A stretch of DNA of 64,000 nucleotides from Candidatus Bathyarchaeota archaeon (lineage in GTDB: Archaea; Thermoproteota; Bathyarchaeia; Bathyarchaeales; Bathycorpusculaceae): positions 64,001 to 128,000 of the forward strand of contig CAWAKC010000009.1 in NCBI GenBank assembly GCA_963782525.1, given 5' to 3'. Under the pieces are notes generated by a model. That model saw only the letters and a program-made list of their open reading frames with translations. It was not told the origin of the DNA and did not search any database. This document shows, one piece after another, positions 9,827-19,626 of this stretch. The translations under genes and the position numbers were made by a program. Position 1 is the first letter of the stretch. The number at the start of each line of letters is the position of its first letter.

Positions 9827-10117
9827 ATGAGTAAAGATCAAGTAATTGGCGGTTTAATCGCCGCTGTCTGTATTATAGTTGCTATAGTTTATCTGGTACT
9901 GCTCTTCTTTTACCCCAACATTCAATCGTCCATCAACATAGGCGCCACTGCGGACGTGCGTTTCTGGGTAATCGCTGCCCCAGTCGGCATAGCCTTCATC
10001 GCCATATTGGGTATCGGCAGCTGGATCGGCTATACGATGGCTACAACGCCGCCGCCAAAACCAATCGAAGAAATCACAACCGAAAATATTAACGAAAAAA
10101 CTCAAACCACGCCATAA
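9827..10117 (+). CDS. Conserved archaeal two-TM membrane protein
   Basis: MSKDQVIG...WIGYTMATTPPPKPIEEI; ggtggtga RBS. Confidence 0.8.
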   Translation: MSKDQVIGGLIAAVCIIVAIVYLVLLFFYPNIQSSINIGATADVRFWVIAAPVGIAFIAILGIGSWIGYTMATTPPPKPIEEITTENINEKTQTTP

Positions 10118-10256
10118 TAAAATAAAGCAAACCACCCAAAACATATCTCTCCATTTTTTGGAGAATCAACACCTAAAATTTTTCAAGATGCCAGAGAACT
10201 CGGATATTAACAAAACTTATATATTAAGAAATGCGTGACAAGAATAGGGCATAGAA

Positions 10257-10367
10257 ATGACAAAAACTACCCGAAAAAAAAGGCGTAGAAAAATAACAAT
10301 CCTCTTGCTCGCACCCATATTGGCACTTGTCTACCTACTCGGTTGGACCATCTCCTGTGCCGCCTAA
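10257..10367 (+). CDS. 36-aa basic/transmembrane small protein, paralog B
   Basis: MTKTTRKKRRRKITILLLAPILALVYLLGWTISCAA; same cttatatattaag upstream motif as paralog A. Confidence 0.55.
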   Translation: MTKTTRKKRRRKITILLLAPILALVYLLGWTISCAA

Positions 10368-10798
10368 TCAAAACACAACAAACAAACAAAACACCCACAC
10401 AGCAAGACAACACACTTAGAAGTTATGCCCTATCCAAAAGAACAACAAAAAACAAACCTATTTTCCTTCAAAAATCCCGGCATAAACCATCATAAAACAG
10501 CTAACTGCTTGGAAGACTAATTCACCCGGCAACGGCTGGAGAAGCAATAATTAAAACGCCAAGCCCACAGCAACAAAACCAAATTTGCAATCTCCAAGCT
10601 TAATGAGTTGCCTACAGCGGTTTTGACTTTGAAAGGTTGTTAATGTAACTTCGCTTGAACCGTATCCTGCATGAATCTATCAGGATATACATGTCGGTCA
10701 ACCCTTTGTGGAAATCAAGCGTAACAAATCAATACCGATAAGGAAACTGAAGATAATGTTATTCTAAAACAACTTTTCAAACGCAAACACCTATTTTT

Positions 10799-10864
10799 TT
10801 ATGTAAATCTTTTGCGGAGACGCGCAGGAATAGTCGTCTGACCTTTCTTTGTAACAACTCTCAT
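10799..10864 (-). pseudogene. Truncated AbrB antitoxin fragment
   Basis: MRVVTKKGQTTIPARLRKRFT*, similar to the N-terminus of 4600-4836. Confidence 0.55.
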
Positions 10865-11310
10865 TTATCCAAACTATTTTCAGTACCGATCATTGGGAGC
10901 TTTAATTTTATAAGTTTGTTTGTTTTTTCGCAGAGTTTTTTGTCTGCAGTGAACAGAGTGGCATTTATTTTTTGTGCGGCAGCTATGAAGAGTGCGTCAT
11001 ATACTGTTATGTTTTGAGATATGGCAATGTGCATTGCTTCATCTTTTAATTCTCTTGTCGGAGTGATTGCCAAGTCATCATACAGTTTTGTAAGGTCTTC
11101 AATTGCTAAGCTTGCTTCTTTAGGCGATAGGTCTTTGAGCAAGTTTGTGTGTTTCCAAATTACATTTAGACACTCAGCCAATGCTATATCCACCGAGCAA
11201 AGGCGGTATCCTTTTTTTAAGAAGTTGGTTACTTCACTTCTAACTTCTGTGGAATCTGACTCATTGAGTACTAGTTTTGAGAGAATACTAGAGTCAAGGA
11301 TTAGTTTTAT
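10861..11310 (-). CDS. vapC: VapC PIN toxin with ATA at the expected start
   Basis: Frame is open upstream of the listed ORF (IKLILDSSILSKLVLNE); ITVYDALFIAAA and TADKKL motifs. Confidence 0.8.
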   Translation of the reverse strand: MKLILDSSILSKLVLNESDSTEVRSEVTNFLKKGYRLCSVDIALAECLNVIWKHTNLLKDLSPKEASLAIEDLTKLYDDLAITPTRELKDEAMHIAISQNITVYDALFIAAAQKINATLFTADKKLCEKTNKLIKLKLPMIGTENSLDK

Positions 11311-11522
11311 CGTTCTCGATCCTCTCTGATAAGAAGGGTTGAGTCCGCCTTTGTGTGCCTCTTTTCAGCTCTTGACTCTATCTGTTGTATGGTTTTCATA
11401 AGTTCCACTTGCTTGACTCTTTCTTCAAGGAAATTTCTAATTTCCAAACTCCACTCAGCGGGGTTTTTTTCCATTTTCTCTTTAAGATCACGCGGTATAC
11501 GGATGGTGTAGGTTGAAGACAT
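11307..11522 (-). CDS. vapB: RHH/CopG-type VapB antitoxin
   Basis: YTIRIPRDLKEKM..WSLEIRNFLEE..STLLIREDRER. Confidence 0.85.
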   Translation of the reverse strand: MSSTYTIRIPRDLKEKMEKNPAEWSLEIRNFLEERVKQVELMKTIQQIESRAEKRHTKADSTLLIREDRER

Positions 11523-11952
11523 AAATTATCGCCACACAACATATCCTTATTATGTTTCGAAAAATAAAAACATTATCGTCTTACAAAAAAGTATACAAAT
11601 GCGAACATTATTCAAAAATTAACTCTTGAGTTCTTGAGCAAAACCCATTCTTTATCCCAATCCCTTGGCTCTTGGAACAGGTAGACAAAGACGTCTATGT
11701 CAAGGAAGCGCATTAGGTTCTCCGTTAATTGCTGACCAACCCAGGTAATTCACCGTACTCGCCCCGACAAACTGATAATTGAGCTGGAAAATACAGTCCT
11801 GAAAACGCATTGTTAATATTCTATTAGACAAAAAGGAAGAAGTTTTTTCTTATGCAAGTAAAAGGCTATAACAGTGAACTTGCCCGTTTCAAAAAAAGAA
11901 AAATGGTTGAGTCTTTAAAAGAAGGCTCATTATGGACGCTTAACATAAAACC

Positions 11953-12141
11953 TTAGGAACGCAATTGGCGCAGCAACAAAAAGCCCAATACAGCAAAGAT
12001 GGTACCGAAACCTGAGCCTCGCAGAGGAGCACCACGAATATTTATTATTGATAATCCAGCGATCACTGAAATTATTCCGAATATAGTCAGAAGGATGGCA
12101 TGCATGTTACGGTTGCTTGTAGTTTTTACTTGTTGTCCCAT
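11953..12141 (-). CDS. Small membrane protein
   Basis: Two hydrophobic segments; ggag RBS. Confidence 0.5.
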   Translation of the reverse strand: MGQQVKTTSNRNMHAILLTIFGIISVIAGLSIINIRGAPLRGSGFGTIFAVLGFLLLRQLRS

Positions 12142-12428
12142 TCTAAATCTCCTTTATCCCCATCATTTCTTTTCACATATAAATTTATTGCAAAATGATT
12201 GACTTTGAAGCAAAATTCACCTAATAAATACATCTTCAATAGCATTACTTCAAATACGATACAACAATAGAAAAAAACAATTGTAAACACACTTAAACAA
12301 AACGCTCACTCTCCAAACAAAGAACTAACCACATTAAAAATAATTTCTAATTCAGAGCAACCGTTATTTCCTTTTGGAACAATGTTTCTTTCAAGTTCAT
12401 ACAAAAAAAGAAGGAAAATATTGGTTTT

Positions 12429-15233
12429 TCATGGTCGTTTTCTAAGCATTATCAGCACTACTAGAGCGAGAACTATGATGATCAGAACGAATAATCCAGC
12501 GATTGCGGGAACAAAATAGGTGTCAGCGACGGATGTTGGGGTTTGCGTTGGAGCTGCGGTTGGAGCTGGTGCGTCGACAACGCCTAAGTAGGTGGTTGCT
12601 GACGATGATCCGTAAGAATTGGTTCCTGCGAAAGTTGCTATGATCTGGTATGTTCCCGGGATTTTAGGAATGAAAGTGTATCCGTAGTTGCCATGAGTGT
12701 CACTTGTGACGTCGCCTATGTGAACAAGGTTTCCGTTTGGATCAACAGTGTCTAATGACACTGGTACTCCGATTGTATCCGTGGGCTTTGGCTGCTGCAT
12801 ATACAGGTACTCCATCCACTTCTGCATGCTTGCGTCAGAGACCGCTGGAGTGCCCTGCGTGCTGAGGGAATTTACACCTAACGCGCCAGGGGATTGATCA
12901 GTTACCGAGCCCTGTATTGTTACTGGTGCTCCCACGCTCCCGCCTGAGGACACTGTGACGCCGGTGGCACTTGGACCCTTGCCATAGCAGTAAATCATGT
13001 TGTCATAAAGATTGCCAGATATCATATAGCCATCTGCGATAGCTAAAGTTGTAGAGCCACTTTGGGTTGCATAATCTTGTATCGCCCAAATTAGCTGTCC
13101 GTTGGTAGCGTTGATGCAGCGAACTTCCGAGCCGCGTTCAAGAGGTTTAGTTGGCGAGTGCTCACTTGTATACATGTAAACTTTTCCGTCGCACACAATG
13201 CCCATGTCCAGCGGGTAATTGCCATATGCGCTTTCATAGCCGACGTTTGGAGCAGTGTAATTCCAGATGACCGCACCTGTCTTGTCATCGTAGCAGTAAA
13301 GCACACCACCGTAGCCACCCATCATAAGCGTATGATAAGCAATCACTGGAGCGCCCTCAGTCGATGTACCTGAACCGCCATAAACATCCCATGGACCCAT
13401 CGGGTCACTTGGTCCCCACAAAAGATTTCCATTAGTCAAACTGTAGCCAAACCACTGAGTCGTTTCCTTTGCAAACAAACAAAAGACTTGATCGTCGTAA
13501 CTATAAGCCATGTTCGCTCCGCCAGTTGCATACGTTATATTACCGGGCAAGGGGGCGGGAATAGTTTTGTTCCAAAGCAACGTAAGAGTGTAACCAAGGT
13601 TAGAGTTAGCTTGCGGATCTAAAGAAGCACCGTAAGAGTTTCCGTCATAGCCTGTTGCACCATAGTTTATTTGAACGCACCACGCATTCATTTGAGCCCC
13701 ACCAGCAGTGATTGATTGGGAATATCCAGGGCCTGAGAAAGAATATCCTAGGATTTGTCTGGGTACACGGTTGTCGTCGCAAATAACAGCAGTAATCGAT
13801 CCAGGAGTTAAGCCTTTGAGTTGCGGCATAGTCACGTTCATTGAATATGACGAGTGGTATTCATCAGGTACCTTCCATAATCCGCCACCAGTATTAGCCG
13901 ATGAACCAAGCGGCAAGCCATATGAAAGGAACGGTTGATAATTAACTGCGTTTATTGTTGCTCCAACTGGAGGTCTCCATGTCTGTTCACCTGTGTTTGT
14001 TCCTGGATTCCAAAATGGAATAGCTTGAGTTGAGTTCCAACAAAGGAAAGTGCCCGTGCCTGCATTGTAACTGTAAATCAATATGTTTCCATCCTGATCC
14101 GTTATTTGCGTGCCGCTAGGTACGTTAGTCAGCGTTAGTATCCAATTTCCAGTAGATGCATCGAGCATATACCATGTGCTACCTTGAGTCATCCAAAGGT
14201 AGGAGTCTATTCCTTGCCCATTTACGTTATAAACGTGCAGAAGTTGACCGAATGCCAGCTGTGGGTAAATTTGCGCAAAGGGTAAAGCATAGCCGCCAGC
14301 GCCGGCAAGAGATCCCATCGTTGCTATTGCGTTGCTTAAGCCACCGCTTGTAGCGTTCTGATACCACAGCAGTTTACCCGTGAACAAGCTGACTGCGAAA
14401 TAGCCATATTTAGGTGTGTTTTCAGTTGTTGGGTCGTTCATGTATAGTATTCCATTCATGATTATTGGAGTTGCGAATACGGTTTGGTAGTCGTTACTGT
14501 CAGAGGTTATGCCTGGCCACTGTGCATCTAAGACGCCTCCAGGGTACGCAGGCATTTCAGGTTCCTGCCATAGAATGTGGGCTGAGGCTGGTCCTGTACC
14601 CTCGTTTTGAAATTCAGGGGTGGATAACCAACCGCCTTTAAGGTAGTTGCTGGCAAGGCTTGACCATTCTCTGTTTGCAGAATTTATCGGAAGAGTCCAG
14701 TAATCTGTTGGAACTGGTGTTTCAACCCATGACGCTATTGGATCTTGGGTTACAGTGAGAGTTACTGTATTGCTTGTTGCAGGCTCAAAAAAGTCGCCGA
14801 CGTAGGGTGCTCCAGCAGGATTAGGATTAGTGCCATTTACCAGTATTTGCCCTGGCCAACTGAACACCATTGTATAAGTTCCGACTTGTGTGGGTGTGAA
14901 AGTAGTATATTGACTTGCAACTTGATCACTTGTGAAAGGTCCCAGTGTTGATTGTGTTCCGTCAGGCGCTGTAACATTCACTATAAATCCCCTAAACAGG
15001 TCACCGCCAGTGCCCGTTGAAGTCGGTACTATATTGTTTAGCCACATAACGACCTGCGTGTATTGGCCGACGCCTACTGTGCTTGGTGAGACACTTAGGT
15101 AAGCCCATGTGGGAATGTTCCATGAAGGCGTATGAGCGTTAGTATTTGGTATTAGAGTCACAGAAGCTGTCATTGAGAGGATAAAGAACAATGAAATTGT
15201 AATGGCTGCAATTTTGTTTTTTTGTATTTTCAT
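12429..15233 (-). CDS. Secreted PQQ-like beta-propeller surface protein 1, C-terminal TM anchor
   Basis: Signal peptide ending NAH; repeated TGxLLW/TNGxLIW blades; P/T-rich linker, TM, RKRP tail. Confidence 0.85.
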   Translation of the reverse strand: MKIQKNKIAAITISLFFILSMTASVTLIPNTNAHTPSWNIPTWAYLSVSPSTVGVGQYTQVVMWLNNIVPTSTGTGGDLFRGFIVNVTAPDGTQSTLGPFTSDQVASQYTTFTPTQVGTYTMVFSWPGQILVNGTNPNPAGAPYVGDFFEPATSNTVTLTVTQDPIASWVETPVPTDYWTLPINSANREWSSLASNYLKGGWLSTPEFQNEGTGPASAHILWQEPEMPAYPGGVLDAQWPGITSDSNDYQTVFATPIIMNGILYMNDPTTENTPKYGYFAVSLFTGKLLWYQNATSGGLSNAIATMGSLAGAGGYALPFAQIYPQLAFGQLLHVYNVNGQGIDSYLWMTQGSTWYMLDASTGNWILTLTNVPSGTQITDQDGNILIYSYNAGTGTFLCWNSTQAIPFWNPGTNTGEQTWRPPVGATINAVNYQPFLSYGLPLGSSANTGGGLWKVPDEYHSSYSMNVTMPQLKGLTPGSITAVICDDNRVPRQILGYSFSGPGYSQSITAGGAQMNAWCVQINYGATGYDGNSYGASLDPQANSNLGYTLTLLWNKTIPAPLPGNITYATGGANMAYSYDDQVFCLFAKETTQWFGYSLTNGNLLWGPSDPMGPWDVYGGSGTSTEGAPVIAYHTLMMGGYGGVLYCYDDKTGAVIWNYTAPNVGYESAYGNYPLDMGIVCDGKVYMYTSEHSPTKPLERGSEVRCINATNGQLIWAIQDYATQSGSTTLAIADGYMISGNLYDNMIYCYGKGPSATGVTVSSGGSVGAPVTIQGSVTDQSPGALGVNSLSTQGTPAVSDASMQKWMEYLYMQQPKPTDTIGVPVSLDTVDPNGNLVHIGDVTSDTHGNYGYTFIPKIPGTYQIIATFAGTNSYGSSSATTYLGVVDAPAPTAAPTQTPTSVADTYFVPAIAGLFVLIIIVLALVVLIMLRKRP

Positions 15234-15440
15234 TTTTATTTTTCCTTTCCTAAAATTTATTTGGCAAGAAGATTACCTGCCAACAAGAAACCCCATATCT
15301 ACTTTAAACATATAAAATCATGTTGGTGCAGAGTCCACCAACAACGGAATCAGCTTAAGGAAACCAAAAAATTAGGGGTTGTTTCTCCAATGTATTTAAA
15401 ATTAAAAAGAAAAAAGGGAAATTGTTGTCGGTTTGATGTT

Positions 15441-18155
15441 TTATGGCCGTTTTCTGAGGATTAGGATGCCAACTATCGCAATCGCAATGATTATTGCGAC
15501 GGCTGCGAGTGCAGTATCCATCATAATTGCTGAAGTAATTGTGGTTTCGCTTAGTGGTGTTGCTGTTGGAGCAGGTGTTGCTGCGGCTTCACCTACATTC
15601 ATGTAGGCTGTTGCGAATGAGCTACCGTATGCTCCTGAGCCATGGAAAGTGGCGATTATGGTGTAATGTCCTGGAACGTCGGGGGTTATCCATTCGTAGC
15701 CGTAGTTGCCTGATGAGTCGCTTGTGACATCGCCTATGTGAATCAAGTTGCCATTTGGATCATAAACATCTAATGTTACTGGAACGCCTGTTGCATTTGC
15801 GGGGTAGGGCTGTTGCTGATACATGTATCCCATCCATGCATCCATGCTTGCGTCGCTTATGGCAGGTGTGCCTTGATCTTTGCCAGAGGGCGTATCATCT
15901 GTGACCGTGCCTGTAATCGTTATGGTAGATCCAATTGGGAGAGTAGTTTGCGGAGCAGAAACTGTGGTTTTGCTTAATCCAGGGCCAAAGCAGTAAATCA
16001 TTGCGTCTTGGGCATTAGCGTATACTAATCGACCGTCTGCGATGATTGGAGCTGTGTAGGGCCACCCGTTTAGTGACCATAGCATTTTTCCATCAGTTGC
16101 GTTTATACACCATATTTGTGCATCCCGTCGTATTGGAGCATTTACCGAGTGCTCGTTTGAGTACATGTAAATCAGTGTTTGTCCTGTCGCGTTACAAGCG
16201 CATCCCCATGAAAGCGGAGTATGTGGATATGGAGTTTCTCCCAGACCGACGTCTGGAGCAGACCAAGTCCATAAGACCTTTCCTGTTTTAGCTTCAAACG
16301 CATGCAGTATTCCGTCATAACCATAGCTATATAATACGCCGTTGAGGCAGCTGGTGCTCATTCCGTAGAAGTTCCATTGAGGTAGAGCATCACTTGTCCA
16401 TAGCAGATTCCCAGTCGCGATGTCGTAAACATAGTAAACTCTCAGCATTGGATTGACGAACCAGAAGATGCCACTGTTTGCGTCGATTCCGCCCCATTGT
16501 GAGTCTTTGTTGGTGAATTGCAGAGATTGAATTGCAGAGTCACCCAGTCCTGGTGGAGGCGTAAAGGTAATGTTCCACAACAGAGAACCAAGTGCGCCCT
16601 TTGCAGGATCTAGATTCAAAGCCCACAAGTTACCTGCGTAATTCTGGCCAGAATTGTTAGTAATGTTTCCTATGGTTCCGCCGATTATCATATTGCCGTT
16701 AAGGATTTGGCGTATGCTGCCTTGCACTGCTGGAATTGACGCATTCAATGAGAACCCATAGTTTCCATTAAATGTGAAATTCAGGTTGGGTCTCCACGAC
16801 CAATATTGATTGGCTGCTTGATAGTATACTGTACCAGGGATCAAAGTTTGATACCAAATGGCTTGTGTAGTGTTCCATATTTGCAAGTATGTATTGGGTG
16901 CTACGGCTGTTCCAAGGTTAACAATGTTGTAGTAGCATATGCTTCCAATGTTGTCAGTTTTAGATGTGCCAACGGCTCCAGTAGTTACGGATGTTCCAGC
17001 AAGGGTTCGAGTTGATTGAGTTACATTACCTATGCTGCAGATATAGTTTCCAGTTGACGCATCGAGCATATTCCAATTGCCGGTAGCAGTAGAGGTTACC
17101 CACAGATAGTTGAAGGCTCCGTGCTGGTCAGGGTTATCTATTTCTAGCACTTGACCAAATGATGGCGCACCGTAGGGTAAGCTTCCAGAACCTATGGTCC
17201 CTCCGCCTCCGTTAGAGTTTGGCGAGAAGCCAGTAGTATTTTGGAAATATTTTACCTCTCCAGTGTAGAGGCTTAAGGCGTACCAACCTTCTCTTGGGGG
17301 TATGGTAACTGTATAGTAGACTAAACCGCCTTCTATTATCGAGGGACCTGTAATGCTTTCATAAGACTGCCCTGAATATGTGTTTGCAGCATTGTTTGTG
17401 TAACTAGCACCGCCTCCAACTAAGCCGCCAGATGTCAAAGGAACCACCCAGTTTATGTGAGAAGTGATTGGCCCAGTTGAGTAAATGTTGGCACGTGCAG
17501 TCATGATGGTGTCTCCTCCTCCTAGCCATTGTCCCGCGATCTGATACCAGTCATGGTTGGTTCCGTAGATTGGGCGTGTCCAGTAAGCTTCAGGAAGTGG
17601 CGTTTCTTTGTACGTCGGTACCTGTTGATCCTGTACAACCATAGTTACAGGTGGACTTGTGCTGGCTAAGAGAACGTCGCCCCAATATGCATAACCCTGG
17701 TTAGAGGTTAATGCAACATTGGGATTCACTGGTTGACCGGTGAGTGTGTGTTGCTGCATAAAGGATTGCAAAGTGTAGTTGCCTACTTCGGTTGGAACGT
17801 AATTAATGTAGGTTCCCCCAACTGGGTCAGAGGTATAAGGTCCCAAAGTGTCGTTAGTTCCGTCTGGCTTGACAATGTTCAAGTTGAAGGTGTATCTGTC
17901 ACCGTATTGACCGGATGCTGTTGGAGGGATTAGGTTGCACCACATTACAATCAATGCAGTTTGGCCGACGCCTAATGTTTCTGGCGAAGAGCTAACGTAG
18001 GCCCATGTTGTAATTTGCCATGGGGGAGTGTGTGCGTTTGCTGTTGGCTCAGCGATGAGTGTAGCAGTCATGCTTAGAACCAAAAGTAAAATGATTGCTG
18101 TCGCAGAAATTTTGTTTTTCAAGAATTTCGCTGTTTGATTTAAAGAAAATTTCAT
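15441..18155 (-). CDS. Secreted PQQ-like beta-propeller surface protein 2
   Basis: Same architecture; QGTPAISDASMDAWM motif; RKRP tail. Confidence 0.85.
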   Translation of the reverse strand: MKFSLNQTAKFLKNKISATAIILLLVLSMTATLIAEPTANAHTPPWQITTWAYVSSSPETLGVGQTALIVMWCNLIPPTASGQYGDRYTFNLNIVKPDGTNDTLGPYTSDPVGGTYINYVPTEVGNYTLQSFMQQHTLTGQPVNPNVALTSNQGYAYWGDVLLASTSPPVTMVVQDQQVPTYKETPLPEAYWTRPIYGTNHDWYQIAGQWLGGGDTIMTARANIYSTGPITSHINWVVPLTSGGLVGGGASYTNNAANTYSGQSYESITGPSIIEGGLVYYTVTIPPREGWYALSLYTGEVKYFQNTTGFSPNSNGGGGTIGSGSLPYGAPSFGQVLEIDNPDQHGAFNYLWVTSTATGNWNMLDASTGNYICSIGNVTQSTRTLAGTSVTTGAVGTSKTDNIGSICYYNIVNLGTAVAPNTYLQIWNTTQAIWYQTLIPGTVYYQAANQYWSWRPNLNFTFNGNYGFSLNASIPAVQGSIRQILNGNMIIGGTIGNITNNSGQNYAGNLWALNLDPAKGALGSLLWNITFTPPPGLGDSAIQSLQFTNKDSQWGGIDANSGIFWFVNPMLRVYYVYDIATGNLLWTSDALPQWNFYGMSTSCLNGVLYSYGYDGILHAFEAKTGKVLWTWSAPDVGLGETPYPHTPLSWGCACNATGQTLIYMYSNEHSVNAPIRRDAQIWCINATDGKMLWSLNGWPYTAPIIADGRLVYANAQDAMIYCFGPGLSKTTVSAPQTTLPIGSTITITGTVTDDTPSGKDQGTPAISDASMDAWMGYMYQQQPYPANATGVPVTLDVYDPNGNLIHIGDVTSDSSGNYGYEWITPDVPGHYTIIATFHGSGAYGSSFATAYMNVGEAAATPAPTATPLSETTITSAIMMDTALAAVAIIIAIAIVGILILRKRP

Positions 18156-18361
18156 TTTGTTTTTCCTTTCCTTTTATTTTTAATTGAACGAAAAACCGCC
18201 CATCTTATTAACTCAAATTGAGAGCGATTAGGCGTTCCCTCGCTCAACAGACTACTATTAGCTCAGTTGTGTTTATAACATTTGTCCATTTATTATGAAT
18301 TAAATCTTGTAATTACTCTGGATTCTCAAAAATATTCAATAAAACAATGTCTTCAAAGTGC

Positions 18362-18442
18362 AATACTGATAGCAGTTAGAAAAAGACCATAAAAAAATCA
18401 TCAACAACTTCCTCTTTTTTTGTCCCACGAACTTAATCCAAT
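18362..18442 (+). repeat. 81-bp direct repeat, left copy (orphan 3' end of a propeller gene plus terminator)
   Basis: 72 bp identical to 22314-22385, then 1 mismatch and 8 more matches. Confidence 0.95.
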
Positions 18443-18637
18443 GATAAGTTTATTTTCACTGAGAATAGTTGACTGCAAACATTTTTGTTTTCATAGCCTC
18501 TAAGATTCATAAACGACAAAAAATATATCAAACTTAAAAGCTAAACAATGAAATCTGATAAAGCCTTAGCCTAAAAGGCATTACCGTTTCCTTAAAATAT
18601 GCTCCTCTTGCAAAAGACAAATCTGAAGCTAAAGGTA

Positions 18638-19465
18638 TCAAGCATTTTTCATCAGTTTGATTTTCTTAAGCTTTAGATCGCGTCCACTTTTCCAGTAGTC
18701 TTCAAAGTAGTTCTCTGCTAATGCAACAAAAGAAGGGTTATTTGACCATAAAGCAGGCGAACGAGCAAAACCACAATCGACGTTGATGCCTAAAATGACT
18801 TCTTTACTGTCAAAGATTCCAATTTTTGCTCGCAAAGGGCTGGAAACGAATCTGACCTCAAAATTTCTATATTCAGAATATGTCTGTAAAAATTCATAAA
18901 TTGAACTTGAATCCGCTGGTTCCTCTGTAATCCATCGAATTTTCACTCCTCTGCTTAATGCGCCTTCAAATGACTTGGATAAGACGGTAAGCCAGGGCGC
19001 CAACTCTTTAGAAGGAGTAATATCGCTCAACGATACCTGTAAGTGTTCTATTTCTTCACGTGCTTTACAAGTAATCGCTTCTCTTTCAGAAATCAAGATA
19101 AATTGATCATTTCCAGACAAATTTAACTGTTCATGAATGGTGTTTTCAGAATTTTTTACAAAATTATCTGCTTCTTTTTTCAACTGGGAAAAATCTCTCA
19201 TCCTTCTTTCCAGAAGAATAGATACGGTTTTTACTGCCGAAACGCATCTGAAAGTTGCAGGTCTGGCGAGCGTTTTTTGGACTATGCCGATTTGTTGCAG
19301 TTCATCGAGCAGTCGATAGACATCTTGTCTTGGTACATCTGCAAACTTTGCTATTGTTACTCCCTTGTTATCTGTCTCTAACTTTAGAAGGGCAAGATAC
19401 ACTTTTGCTTGTGAGACAGTCAACCCTAAATGCAATAGAGTTTGAGCATCATCTCTAAAATTCAA
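18638..19465 (-). CDS. TrmB-family transcriptional regulator
   Basis: LGLTVSQAKVYLALL..VPRQDVYRLLDELQQIGIV; C-terminal effector domain (RGVKIRWI, IFDSKEV). Confidence 0.9.
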   Translation of the reverse strand: MNFRDDAQTLLHLGLTVSQAKVYLALLKLETDNKGVTIAKFADVPRQDVYRLLDELQQIGIVQKTLARPATFRCVSAVKTVSILLERRMRDFSQLKKEADNFVKNSENTIHEQLNLSGNDQFILISEREAITCKAREEIEHLQVSLSDITPSKELAPWLTVLSKSFEGALSRGVKIRWITEEPADSSSIYEFLQTYSEYRNFEVRFVSSPLRAKIGIFDSKEVILGINVDCGFARSPALWSNNPSFVALAENYFEDYWKSGRDLKLKKIKLMKNA

Positions 19466-19626
19466 AGCTCCAACTCCTAGTGCCTTTCATTTATGAAGGC
19501 AATTCCTATTTATAATTTTCCAATTTTCAGCATGCCCCCTTACGACATGTAGTCGCTTAGCATACTTACGGCGCTTTTTTTTATAGTAAAAGCCACAAAC
19601 GAGTTACTACAGAATAAAGGAGAAAA

